Shown here: positions 46,540 through 54,479 of the stretch, one piece after another
Layout of the letters: every line of letters begins with the position of its first letter
Numbering within the stretch: position 1 is the stretch's first letter
Source of the DNA: Oligoflexales bacterium
GTDB taxonomy: Bacteria; Bdellovibrionota_B; Oligoflexia; Oligoflexales; CAIYRB01
Assembly (NCBI GenBank): GCA_041736175.1
Contig: JBGSUI010000242.1
Span: 1 to 54,479 of the forward strand
Length of the DNA: 54,479 nucleotides
Direction: 5' to 3'
Made by a program: the position numbers and the translations under genes
Notes under the pieces: model-generated
What the model was told of the DNA's origin: nothing
The model's input: only the letters and a program-made list of their open reading frames with translations
Databases searched by the model: none

Positions 46540-47724
46540 TTATGAACACATCTCCACGACTACGGCACTGGCTTCGCCACCGCCGATACATAGGGTCGCT
46601 AAACCTCTTTTTTGTTTGTTAGCCCTAAGCCCGTTGAGGAGCGTGGCTATGATCCTTGCTCCACTCGCACCTATGGGATGGCCTAAAGCCACCGCACCTC
46701 CAAAGGGATTGACCCTGGAGAGATTTAAACCAAGCTCACGGATCGCGGCCAAGGGTACCACGGCAAAAGCCTCGTTGATTTCGATTTGGTCGAGAGAATC
46801 GAGGGACCATTGAGCCTTAGCAAGAACTTTGCGTATACACTCAATAGGTGCCGTCGTAAACCAAGCGGGATCTTGGGCATAGGATGCCTGGGCGACGATT
46901 TTAGCGATAGGAGTCAGATTAAGGCGCTTTACGGCACTCCCCGATGCCAAAACACAGAGAGCCGCTCCGTCATTAAGGGGCGAAGCGTTGCCGGCCGTGA
47001 TGGTGCCCTCCTTATCAAAAGCGGGTTTCAGGGTGGAAATCTTGGCTAGGTCAACGGCATAAGGCTGCTCGTCTTTTTGGTGCATAACAGTCCCTTTACG
47101 ACCTCCTACTTCGATGGGGACGACCTCGTGATTAAAATGCCCCGATTCCCAAGCCGCTTTAGCTTTTTCATAGCTACGTATGGCAAACTGATCTTGGTCT
47201 GCTCGGGAAAAAGATTTTTCGCGAGCACAAAGATCACCAAAGGTTCCCATGGATTTTTGGTTGTAAGGATCCCATAGGCCGTCCCATTGGCAATGATCTT
47301 TAAGTTCGACCGATCCAAATTTAAATCCGGCTCTGCTTCCCAGTAACAGGTGGGGGGCCTCGGTCATGCTTTCCATCCCACCAGCAAAAACAACGTTGCT
47401 ATCTCCGGCCATGATCGCTTGGTGGCCCAGCATCACCGCCTTAAGCCCTGATCCACAGACCTTATTAATGGTGGTTGCGCAAACCTTTGGACCAAGCCCT
47501 CCAGTGATCGCCACCTGGCGAGCTGGCGCCTGCCCCTGCCCCGCTGGCAGTACACACCCCATGATCAGCTCATCCACCTGGAGAGGATCCAAACCTGTTT
47601 GGGCCAAAGCATCTTTGACGATCGGTGCCGCGAGGGCAGGAGCCGCGACTCCCGAAAAAATCCCCCCCAATCGTCCGATGGGAGATCTTTTTGCGTAACA
47701 AATATAGGTTGTTTCAACAGACAT
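46540..47724 (-). CDS. atoB: Acetyl-CoA C-acetyltransferase (thiolase)
   Basis: Motifs NKVCGSG, GGMESM, TAGNAS..NDGA, NEAFA, GHPIGASG and LCIGGG. Confidence 0.93.
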   Translation of the reverse strand: MSVETTYICYAKRSPIGRLGGIFSGVAAPALAAPIVKDALAQTGLDPLQVDELIMGCVLPAGQGQAPARQVAITGGLGPKVCATTINKVCGSGLKAVMLGHQAIMAGDSNVVFAGGMESMTEAPHLLLGSRAGFKFGSVELKDHCQWDGLWDPYNQKSMGTFGDLCAREKSFSRADQDQFAIRSYEKAKAAWESGHFNHEVVPIEVGGRKGTVMHQKDEQPYAVDLAKISTLKPAFDKEGTITAGNASPLNDGAALCVLASGSAVKRLNLTPIAKIVAQASYAQDPAWFTTAPIECIRKVLAKAQWSLDSLDQIEINEAFAVVPLAAIRELGLNLSRVNPFGGAVALGHPIGASGARIIATLLNGLRANKQKRGLATLCIGGGEASAVVVEMCS

Positions 47725-47955
47725 GGGGCACTCCTTTAATTCTTAAGAGTCGCACTTTATCACTCGTCCAGGGCATTATTGTGCCACTGCCGCCCTCGGC
47801 GCAACCTCCGTTTCTTTTCACTGTTCTCCACACGAAAGAGGAGGGAAAAAATATATTTTCAATGGCAAGGATCTGAGGATCCCTGTATACAACTTTCCTG
47901 ACCAACAATGTGTTCTCCTAAATCTTGACCCCCCTTCAAGAGGATCACGCCCCCT

Positions 47956-49095
47956 ATGCCCTTGCAAAACAGCTCAAAAACTCGACGAAAATGTGTTTTA
48001 GAGATTTCTGATGGCAGCCAATACGAGGGTGATTTGATCGGAGCACCCTTGACCTCGGGAGGAGAGCTCGTCTTTACCACGGGAATGGTTGGCTACAGCG
48101 AAGCTCTTACGGATCCTTCCTATTTCGGTCAAATCCTGGTGTTTGCCTATCCTCTCATAGGAAACTACGGCATCCCCAGTATTCCCCCGTCCCTAAGCCT
48201 TCCGATCCCCCGCGGTATCGAAAGCAATAAGATCCATACTGCTGCCGTTATTTTAACGATTGACAGCGAAGAAGCCTTCCATTGGAACAGTTTTCAATCC
48301 CTCGACCAGTGGCTCAAAGACCAGGGCGTCCCCGGCATCGTAGGCCTCGACACCCGGCATATCATCCACCAGATCCGGCAGAGTCCTGGCCTCCTTGCCA
48401 AGATCTTGCCCGAAGCTCCCGTCGGCACGCGGAGATTGGGCAACTTACCGCTGCCTCAAAACGATGGTTTTTTTGACCCCTCAAAATACGAGGTGGTTAG
48501 CCAGGTCTCAACCCCTAGTCGGCTTCGCCTGGGCAAAGGAAAAAAGCGGATTGGCATCATCGATTGCGGCGTTAAATGGAATATCATCCGCCAGCTCATC
48601 GAGCATGACTGCGAAGTTGAATTAGTTCCTTGGAACGAAAACCTAGCCGATATGGACTGTAACGGCTGGCTGATCAGCAACGGTCCAGGGGATCCGATGA
48701 TGACGGGCAACCTCCGTCAGGAAGTTTCCCGACTCTTGGACCAAGATCGGCCTATTTTAGGAATCTGTCTGGGCCATCAAATCCTCGCCTTAGCCTCAGG
48801 TGCACAAACCACCCGCATGACCTATGGCCACCGGAGCCACAACCAGCCCGTCTATCAAGTGGGCACGCGCACAGGCTATATGACGAGCCAAAATCATGGC
48901 TACGTGGTCGATGAAGCTACCCTCAAGCCAGGTTGGGTCCCTTGGTTTCGCAATGCCAATGATCAGACCAACGAAGGCATCCGCCATGTAGAAAAGCCTT
49001 TTCGCAGCGTCCAATTTCATCCTGAAGCTGCCGGCGGACCGAGAGAAAGTGGATGGATCATCTCAGAATTTGTAGCGGAGGTCACATGCCAATAA
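47956..49095 (+). CDS. carA: Carbamoyl-phosphate synthase small subunit
   Basis: Motifs GE.VF.TGM.GY.E.LTDPSY.GQ, SNGPGDP, GICLGHQ, SQNHGY and QFHPE. Confidence 0.97.
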   Translation: MPLQNSSKTRRKCVLEISDGSQYEGDLIGAPLTSGGELVFTTGMVGYSEALTDPSYFGQILVFAYPLIGNYGIPSIPPSLSLPIPRGIESNKIHTAAVILTIDSEEAFHWNSFQSLDQWLKDQGVPGIVGLDTRHIIHQIRQSPGLLAKILPEAPVGTRRLGNLPLPQNDGFFDPSKYEVVSQVSTPSRLRLGKGKKRIGIIDCGVKWNIIRQLIEHDCEVELVPWNENLADMDCNGWLISNGPGDPMMTGNLRQEVSRLLDQDRPILGICLGHQILALASGAQTTRMTYGHRSHNQPVYQVGTRTGYMTSQNHGYVVDEATLKPGWVPWFRNANDQTNEGIRHVEKPFRSVQFHPEAAGGPRESGWIISEFVAEVTCQ

Positions 49096-52000
49096 ATAAA
49101 AAGCTATCTAATCTGGGGCGCACTCCTAAAATCCTCGTATTAGGATCGGGAGGTCTATCCATAGGCCAAGCTGGAGAGTTTGATTACTCTGGGACCCAAG
49201 CGGTGAAAGCGCTGCGGGAAGAAAACATCGACGTGATTGTGGTCAATCCCAATATCGCCACAGTCCAAACCAACCCCCAACCCGGCGTGACTGTCTATCT
49301 CTACCCGGTCGAGCCCCATTGGGTCGAAAAAATCATCGAAAAAGAGCGACCTGACGGAATCGTCGCTGGGTTTGGCGGTCAAACAGCTCTTAACTGCATG
49401 ATCGCACTCCACGACCAGGGCATCTTAGAGAAATACGGAGTGATCAACTGCGGCACTTCCGTAGCCACTCTTAAGCTTACAGAAGACCGGGACCTTTTTG
49501 CAAAGCGGATGCGTGAGATCGATATCCCCATTCCGCCAAGCTTTGCGGCGACGACCCTTAATGAAGCAAAAGCTGCTGCTGATAACATCGGCTTTCCGGT
49601 CATCGTCCGAGCCGCTTATGCCCTGGGAGGTTTAGGCTCAGGATTTGCAGCCAACCACGCAGAGCTGGAAAGTCTCGTGGTACCTGCTCTAGCTACCTCG
49701 CCCCAGGTTTTGGTGGAAAAGTCCTTAAAAGGCTGGAAGGAAGTCGAGTATGAGGTCATGCGCGACTGCGAAGGCAATATCATCACCATATGCAATATGG
49801 AAAACTTTGACCCCCTTGGGATCCACACAGGGGACTCGATCGTTGTTTGTCCAAGCCAAACTTTGTCGGACGACGAGTATCAAATCCTGCGCAACGCAGC
49901 CCAAAAGATCGTCAGCAGCTTTGAGATCGTCGGTGAATGCAATGTCCAATACACCCTTGATCCTAAAAGCCATGAGTTTTATGTTATCGAGATCAATGCT
50001 AGGTTGTCTCGCTCTTCGGCCCTCGCCAGCAAAGCCTCTGGCTATCCCATTGCCTATGTGGCCGCAAAAGTGGTCTTAGGATTTGACCTCCTTGAGCTTA
50101 TCAATCCCGTCACGGGCGTCACCTATGCCTACTACGAACCCGCTCTAGACTATGTGACGATCAAGGTTCCCCGCTGGGATTTGCAGAAATTCAAGGGAGC
50201 TTCGCGGCAGCTAGGGTCAACGATGAAGTCTGTCGGCGAGATTATGTCGATTGGAAGGAGCTTTCAAGAAGCTCTACAAAAAGCAGTCCGAATGGTCACC
50301 GAAAATGGCCAAGGGATCAGCGGCTACAAAAACGAAGTGATGCAAGAAGACGAATTGTGCCAACAACTCAAAAATCCCACAGATACCCGTCTCTATAATG
50401 TTATCCAAGCGTTTAGAGTCGGCTGGGATATCGAAAAAATCCATAAGCTCACCGATATCGACCGCTGGTTTTTGGCTAAAATCCGCGAGATCACCATTAT
50501 GGAAACCACCATTGCGAATCTTGCCCAGGGACCACTGGTGACTCTGAGCGATGATGCTTTTATAGAGGCTAGCCTCAAAAAGCTAACTCCCCAGAGCCTA
50601 AGGCAGATCAAAATACTTGGATTTAGCGATGAGCAAATCACAAATTTGCTGCTTAAAACCAAAGACCTGAGGCTTCAGCAGAAGCCCCAAACCGAAAACA
50701 CCACGGTCCTGCCCACCCAAAATCTAAGCGAACGCCGCGTCCAAAACGCCTCGCTTATTGTCAGAAAGCTGCGAAAGAGCCTCGGGATCACCCCAGTCAT
50801 TAAAAAAATTGATACCACTGCAGGTGAATACCCCAGTCCGTCAAACTATCTATATATGTCCTACCTTGGTTTATATCACGATCCCATGGTGGACGACTTT
50901 AAACCACCCGCCCTAGTCCTGGGCAGCGGTGCCTATAGGATTGGGACCAGTGTGGAGTTTGATTGGTGCTCGGTGAGTTGCAGCCAAAAGCTCGTCCGAG
51001 AGGGATGGCGCAGCATCATCCTTAACTGCAATCCAGAGACCGTCTCTACGGATTATAATTCTTCTGATCGGCTTTATTTTGATGAGATGACCTTAGAGCG
51101 CATCCTCGATATCTGTGATTTTGAAAGACCTAAGGGAGTGGTCGTCTGTATGGGTGGGCAGCTCCCTAATAAACTTGCTAAGCCTTTGGCGGCCACGGGA
51201 ATTCGCCTTTTAGGACACTCCCCCCAGACCATTGACTTGGCTGAAGATCGTTCTAAGTTTTCAGCACTTTTGGACCAACTGGGAATCGATCAACCCCGTT
51301 GGATCGAAGCTCGCAATGACCACGAGATTTCGGAGTTTATCGAAAAAGTAGGGTTTCCGGTCTTGGTGCGCCCCAGCTACGTGCTATCGGGAGCAGCGAT
51401 GCGGGTAGCCTATGATAAAGGCTCCCTAGACGAATTTCTTGCTGCCGCCGGGGACGTCTCCTTAGACCACCCCGTGGTGATCAGTGAGTTTATCTTAGGT
51501 GCCCGAGAGATCGAGGTGGATGGCGTCGCCCGAGATGGAGAGATCCTCACGGCGGTCGTCAGCGAGCATGTGGAAAACGCGGGAGTCCATTCTGGAGATG
51601 CCACTTTGGTGGTGCCCCCACAAAAACTCTATATGGAAACCGTCCGTCGCGTCCGTGGAGCTGCTAAACTCATCGCCCAAGGCATCAAACTCAATGGACC
51701 CTTCAATATCCAGTTTCTGGCGAAGCACAATCAGATCAAAGTGATCGAGTGCAACGCCCGCGCCGCTCGCTCTTTTCCGTTTGTGTCAAAAGTCATCGGT
51801 CTAAACCTAGCGGATGTGTCGACCGATGTCATGATCGGGAGGCCCCCTCACCTGACGAGGACCTCCCAGGAAGATCTTCCCCACGTGGGCGTCAAAGCTC
51901 CTATGTTTAGTTTCACCCGACTTTCGGGAGCAGATCCTGTCTTAGGTGTCGAAATGGCCTCCACTGGGGAAGTCGGCTGCATTGGTCCTAGTTTTGACGA

Positions 52001-52451
52001 GGCGCTCCTCCTTTCTTTGGAAGCCGCCAAGTGCAAGCGCCCTAAGAAAGGCATCTTGGTTTCGGCAGGCCCCGAGTACGAAAAGATGAAGTTTTTGGAG
52101 TCTGCCGCTTATTTTAAAGAGATTGGGCTACCCCTCTACGCCACAGATGGGACGGCGAAATTTCTGGCCCTCCACGGGATCGATGCCATCCCTCTCGCCT
52201 GGCCTGGCCAAGGGCCTGACGATGCCTTAGAGGTCATTAAAAAAGGAAAAGTAGACCTTGTGATCAACGTCCCCAAAGCCCTTGAGCACCAAGAGCTGAC
52301 CCGAGGAGCCCTGATCCGACGCACGGCAGTCCAATTTGGCTGCTCTTTGATTACAAATATGGAAGCTACCAATGCTTTTGTGCAGGCGATTGGTCGGAAT
52401 CCTGATTTCACACGAGATCATCAGGTGATGCCCCTGCCGCCCTATGCCTAA
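49086..52451 (+). CDS. carB: Carbamoyl-phosphate synthase large subunit
   Basis: Motifs GSG...IGQAGEFDYSG, GGQTALN, HTGDS, NPETVSTD, RPSYVLSG and an MGS domain. Start placed at MPINKK (49086). Confidence 0.97.
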   Translation: MPINKKLSNLGRTPKILVLGSGGLSIGQAGEFDYSGTQAVKALREENIDVIVVNPNIATVQTNPQPGVTVYLYPVEPHWVEKIIEKERPDGIVAGFGGQTALNCMIALHDQGILEKYGVINCGTSVATLKLTEDRDLFAKRMREIDIPIPPSFAATTLNEAKAAADNIGFPVIVRAAYALGGLGSGFAANHAELESLVVPALATSPQVLVEKSLKGWKEVEYEVMRDCEGNIITICNMENFDPLGIHTGDSIVVCPSQTLSDDEYQILRNAAQKIVSSFEIVGECNVQYTLDPKSHEFYVIEINARLSRSSALASKASGYPIAYVAAKVVLGFDLLELINPVTGVTYAYYEPALDYVTIKVPRWDLQKFKGASRQLGSTMKSVGEIMSIGRSFQEALQKAVRMVTENGQGISGYKNEVMQEDELCQQLKNPTDTRLYNVIQAFRVGWDIEKIHKLTDIDRWFLAKIREITIMETTIANLAQGPLVTLSDDAFIEASLKKLTPQSLRQIKILGFSDEQITNLLLKTKDLRLQQKPQTENTTVLPTQNLSERRVQNASLIVRKLRKSLGITPVIKKIDTTAGEYPSPSNYLYMSYLGLYHDPMVDDFKPPALVLGSGAYRIGTSVEFDWCSVSCSQKLVREGWRSIILNCNPETVSTDYNSSDRLYFDEMTLERILDICDFERPKGVVVCMGGQLPNKLAKPLAATGIRLLGHSPQTIDLAEDRSKFSALLDQLGIDQPRWIEARNDHEISEFIEKVGFPVLVRPSYVLSGAAMRVAYDKGSLDEFLAAAGDVSLDHPVVISEFILGAREIEVDGVARDGEILTAVVSEHVENAGVHSGDATLVVPPQKLYMETVRRVRGAAKLIAQGIKLNGPFNIQFLAKHNQIKVIECNARAARSFPFVSKVIGLNLADVSTDVMIGRPPHLTRTSQEDLPHVGVKAPMFSFTRLSGADPVLGVEMASTGEVGCIGPSFDEALLLSLEAAKCKRPKKGILVSAGPEYEKMKFLESAAYFKEIGLPLYATDGTAKFLALHGIDAIPLAWPGQGPDDALEVIKKGKVDLVINVPKALEHQELTRGALIRRTAVQFGCSLITNMEATNAFVQAIGRNPDFTRDHQVMPLPPYA

Positions 52452-52460
52452 TCTTGGAAG

Positions 52461-52483
52461 GGGGGTGGGCTAAGTCCGCCCCC
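52461..52483 (+). terminator. GC-rich hairpin after carB (possible terminator, no U tract)
   Basis: GGGGGTGGGC-taa-GTCCGCCCCC. Confidence 0.45.
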
Positions 52484-52490
52484 AAGTCAT

Positions 52491-52534
52491 GGAAAAGGTT
52501 TGGACAAGATCGGGACAAGGTCTTGACAAGTGGC
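52491..52534 (+). repeat. Four 11-bp-period direct repeats overlapping the tRNA-Met -35 element
   Basis: GGAAAAGGTTT / GGACAAGATCG / GGACAAGGTCT / TGACAAGTGGC, with TTGACA at 52523-52528. Confidence 0.55.
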
Positions 52535-52594
52535 CTTTCCCACGATAGTAAACTCAGGCACTAAAGAGTGTTAGCGTTCCTTTTTGGACCCTAT

Positions 52595-52671
52595 GGTGGG
52601 GTAGCTCAGCTGGTTAGAGCGGTGGATTCATAACCCACAGGTCGGGAGTTCAAGTCTCCCTCTCACCACCA
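52595..52671 (+). tRNA. tRNA-Met(CAT), elongator type
   Basis: 77 nt, G1-C72 paired, anticodon loop TTCATAA, T arm GGGAG-TTCAAGT-CTCCC, CCA end. Ile2 cannot be fully excluded. Confidence 0.93.
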
Positions 52672-53057
52672 CTTAATTCTCTAGATTAATTGTGGTCCTT
52701 GTGGTTGTGATGCCAGGGCTGCTGGTTAAAAACAGAAGCCTTGCTGGTTAATAAGAACCAGCCCGGACTAAACATGGTCGATATTTTGCTGGTATCGCAA
52801 ATGGACTAGCAATGGTTCTTAGGTCGGCTTCATTTAGCTGACCTTCATTGCAATCCAATCTGCGAGGTTTTTGGACTAAGTTGAATGTGGGTAAGCACTC
52901 AAAAACAAAGACAAGACCCTGACTAAAGGCCTAAGTATCCTGTTTTATTACGTTAAGAGAATTCCTCTAAAGATTTTGGGACAACGGACCGATAACAGGG
53001 TAACTTATAGCCTGTCAATGGTCTGATAATGGACTATTGGTAGTCAGGAGACAGCAA

Positions 53058-53354
53058 ATGTTTAAAAAAACAGTCAATTTGAGCGACTTTAAGGCCCACG
53101 CTCCCGATATACTCGGTCTGCTGGGGGACAATGGTCCAAATGACGCAATCCAACTCATTCACCGCGCAAGTACAATCAAAGTCGTCATAACTCAAGAGCG
53201 CTACTTCCGGCTGCTTGAGAAAATACAGGCTTACGAGGAGCGATTTGGCAAGAGGCGTCCGGAATTAATCGACATAAATGAGGGTTCATTTGATGTTGAT
53301 TTTGACAAACAAATGCAAGAGGGAGTTAACCTCGCCAACGCTGACAAGAGGTAG
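53058..53354 (+). CDS. Phd/YefM-like antitoxin (divergent)
   Basis: AGGAG RBS; VNLSDFKAH...L.....I.L..R....VVI....Y..L pattern; acidic C-terminus. Confidence 0.6.
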   Translation: MFKKTVNLSDFKAHAPDILGLLGDNGPNDAIQLIHRASTIKVVITQERYFRLLEKIQAYEERFGKRRPELIDINEGSFDVDFDKQMQEGVNLANADKR

Positions 53355-53357
53355 CGA

Positions 53358-53669
53358 GTGATAAAGGCTGTTTGGGACTCCATTGCTTATAAACGATTTA
53401 CTGAAAGGGCCCTCAGTAAATCAATCTTCACCTGCGATCCATCTACCGGACGCCGGTATCGAGATAACGTTAAAGCTAAGATCCGTGAGATGGAATCAAT
53501 GGTCCTCCATGAGGCACTTCCGCCACCGCCGGCATATCGGCACAAAGCAACCCTCGTCGCAAATCCCGGTAGTGGAGATGTTATAATCTACGAATTTGAC
53601 CCTGAGCATCACCCCAAGCGGATAATCGTGCTAGGCGTGTTCCCTTACATTCCTGACCCTATTCCCTGA
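53358..53669 (+). CDS. RelE/ParE-like toxin candidate (divergent)
   Basis: Starts 3 bp after the antitoxin-like gene; N-terminal V.W...A...F and C-terminal IIYEFD....IIVLGVF strands. Confidence 0.5.
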   Translation: MIKAVWDSIAYKRFTERALSKSIFTCDPSTGRRYRDNVKAKIREMESMVLHEALPPPPAYRHKATLVANPGSGDVIIYEFDPEHHPKRIIVLGVFPYIPDPIP

Positions 53670-53788
53670 CGATAAGTAAATCGTCTTCTCCCGGGGGATA
53701 GAGATTTGGAAAGCCAGCATGAACCAGGCAATGAAAGGTCTTGACTCGTCTTACCCACTAGTGTTGAGGCTAAACACTAGAATTATGC

Positions 53789-53850
53789 GCTGGTTGGACG
53801 GTGGATTCATAACCTACATGTCGAGAGTTCAAGCCTCGATCTCACCACCA
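53789..53850 (+). repeat. Decayed direct copy of the 3' ~63 nt of tRNA-Met (att-like / pseudo-tRNA)
   Basis: GCTGGTTGGACGGTGGATTCATAACCTACATGTCGAGAGTTCAAGCCTCGATCTCACCACCA versus 52609-52671: about 7 substitutions and 1 indel by hand count. Confidence 0.9.
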
Positions 53851-53857
53851 TTCCTCT

Positions 53858-54313
53858 TTAAAAAAACAAGGCAGGAGACACATTAAACCGTTCTGCCAAT
53901 TTTTCAATGTGATCTCTGGTAAGAGGTCGCTCCCCGTTGAGGATACGACTCACTTGGGGTTGCTTGCCAATCTCGTTCTCAAAGGAGAACTGAGTCAACC
54001 CATTAACTTCCATCAGGAATTTCAGCACCTCAATGCCACTACCCTTAGTGGAAGGGTAAACCTTAGACTCGAAATTCTTAACGAGAGTGCCAAGTGTTTG
54101 GAGGAACCCTATAATTGTTTTTTCTGTGGAATCAGATAGTTCTCCCTCATGCTTTGCCAGCAAATCCATAAGAAACAGGACAAAGCCCTTTGCTTTAGCA
54201 TGTTGGGTTTTGCTCGTGATTGGCAACAGAGGAAACCTGGAGGCCAGAAGTTGATAAGTGTCATTGCTGGACACCGGGGGAAGATCAGAAATTTCTTTGA
54301 GAATAGCATTCAT
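53858..54313 (-). CDS. higA: HigA-type antitoxin (HTH_3/XRE)
   Basis: PI.S..QH..A...L..LV..FE...YP...G.EVLKFLME..GLTQ....IG....VS.ILNG.R.LT..HI..LA.RF.VSPALF. ATG at 54313 has a GGAGG RBS. Confidence 0.88.
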   Translation of the reverse strand: MNAILKEISDLPPVSSNDTYQLLASRFPLLPITSKTQHAKAKGFVLFLMDLLAKHEGELSDSTEKTIIGFLQTLGTLVKNFESKVYPSTKGSGIEVLKFLMEVNGLTQFSFENEIGKQPQVSRILNGERPLTRDHIEKLAERFNVSPALFF

Positions 54314-54342
54314 AATTTTTCCCAGCCTCCTCGGTCGTACTC
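54310..54342 (-). pseudogene. 3' stump of a higB toxin gene
   Basis: EYDRGGWEKL* overlaps the higA start (ATGA) and resembles the HigB C-terminus H.EYD.G.W. In-frame stops lie upstream. Confidence 0.55.
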
Positions 54343-54479
54343 TGGGGTGTCCAAATAGGGGGGGTACGAGCCTAAATCCTATCCTAGGATTTGGACCTAA
54401 AATCAGTCTCCCCATCTTTCGGATAGTAGGGGATATTCCCGCGGAGTCCAGAAAGCATTTTAAACTGTTTTGACCCCCA

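Noticed and set aside
47725..47955. PyrR attenuator or riboswitch upstream of carA
   Set aside because: Only short hairpins are present (e.g. TCTTGA-N7-TCAAGA), with no PyrR-binding consensus or U-tailed terminator.
53775..53850. A second functional tRNA-Met
   Set aside because: The 5' acceptor strand and D-stem are missing and the T-stem is disrupted, so it is treated as a decayed copy.
54314..54415. N-terminal extension of HigA
   Set aside because: The RBS and ATGA coupling point to 54313 as the start.
1..54479. CRISPR array, cas genes, rRNA, integrase or prophage genes
   Set aside because: No regularly spaced repeat-spacer run and no recognisable motifs for these were seen by eye.

Overview
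Mostly core bacterial chromosome. Gene content suggests a Bdellovibrionota/Oligoflexia-like or other deltaproteobacteria-like organism (inference only). Housekeeping genes: secG, kdsA, queG, aroE, ribF, ppx/gppA, holA, ctaA/ctaB, map, a thiolase and carAB, plus tRNA-Leu(GAG), tRNA-Phe(GAA) and tRNA-Met(CAT). Many envelope genes are present, including two lytic transglycosylases, a diheme c lipoprotein, and a TPR operon resembling part of the myxobacterial Glt gliding-motility cluster. Three accessory zones stand out. (1) Bases 1-3.8 kb, on the 3' side of tRNA-Leu: an IS200 tnpA end that interrupts a lipoprotein gene, and two divergent paralogous AAA-ATPase/wHTH/PD-(D/E)xK genes, each with its own palindrome upstream. 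(2) Bases 43.5-46.4 kb: a probable tnpB 3'-end/omegaRNA-sized IS605 remnant abutting a decapitated DUF4160 gene, an orphan DUF2442, and ISAs1 and DUF4143 fragments. (3) Bases 52.6-54.5 kb: a divergent Phd/ParE-like pair between tRNA-Met and a decayed copy of it, followed by an orphan HigA with a higB stump. An unannotated 45-aa membrane ORF lies upstream of ctaA. No CRISPR array or rRNA was seen. All family calls come from motif recognition by eye; no searches were run.
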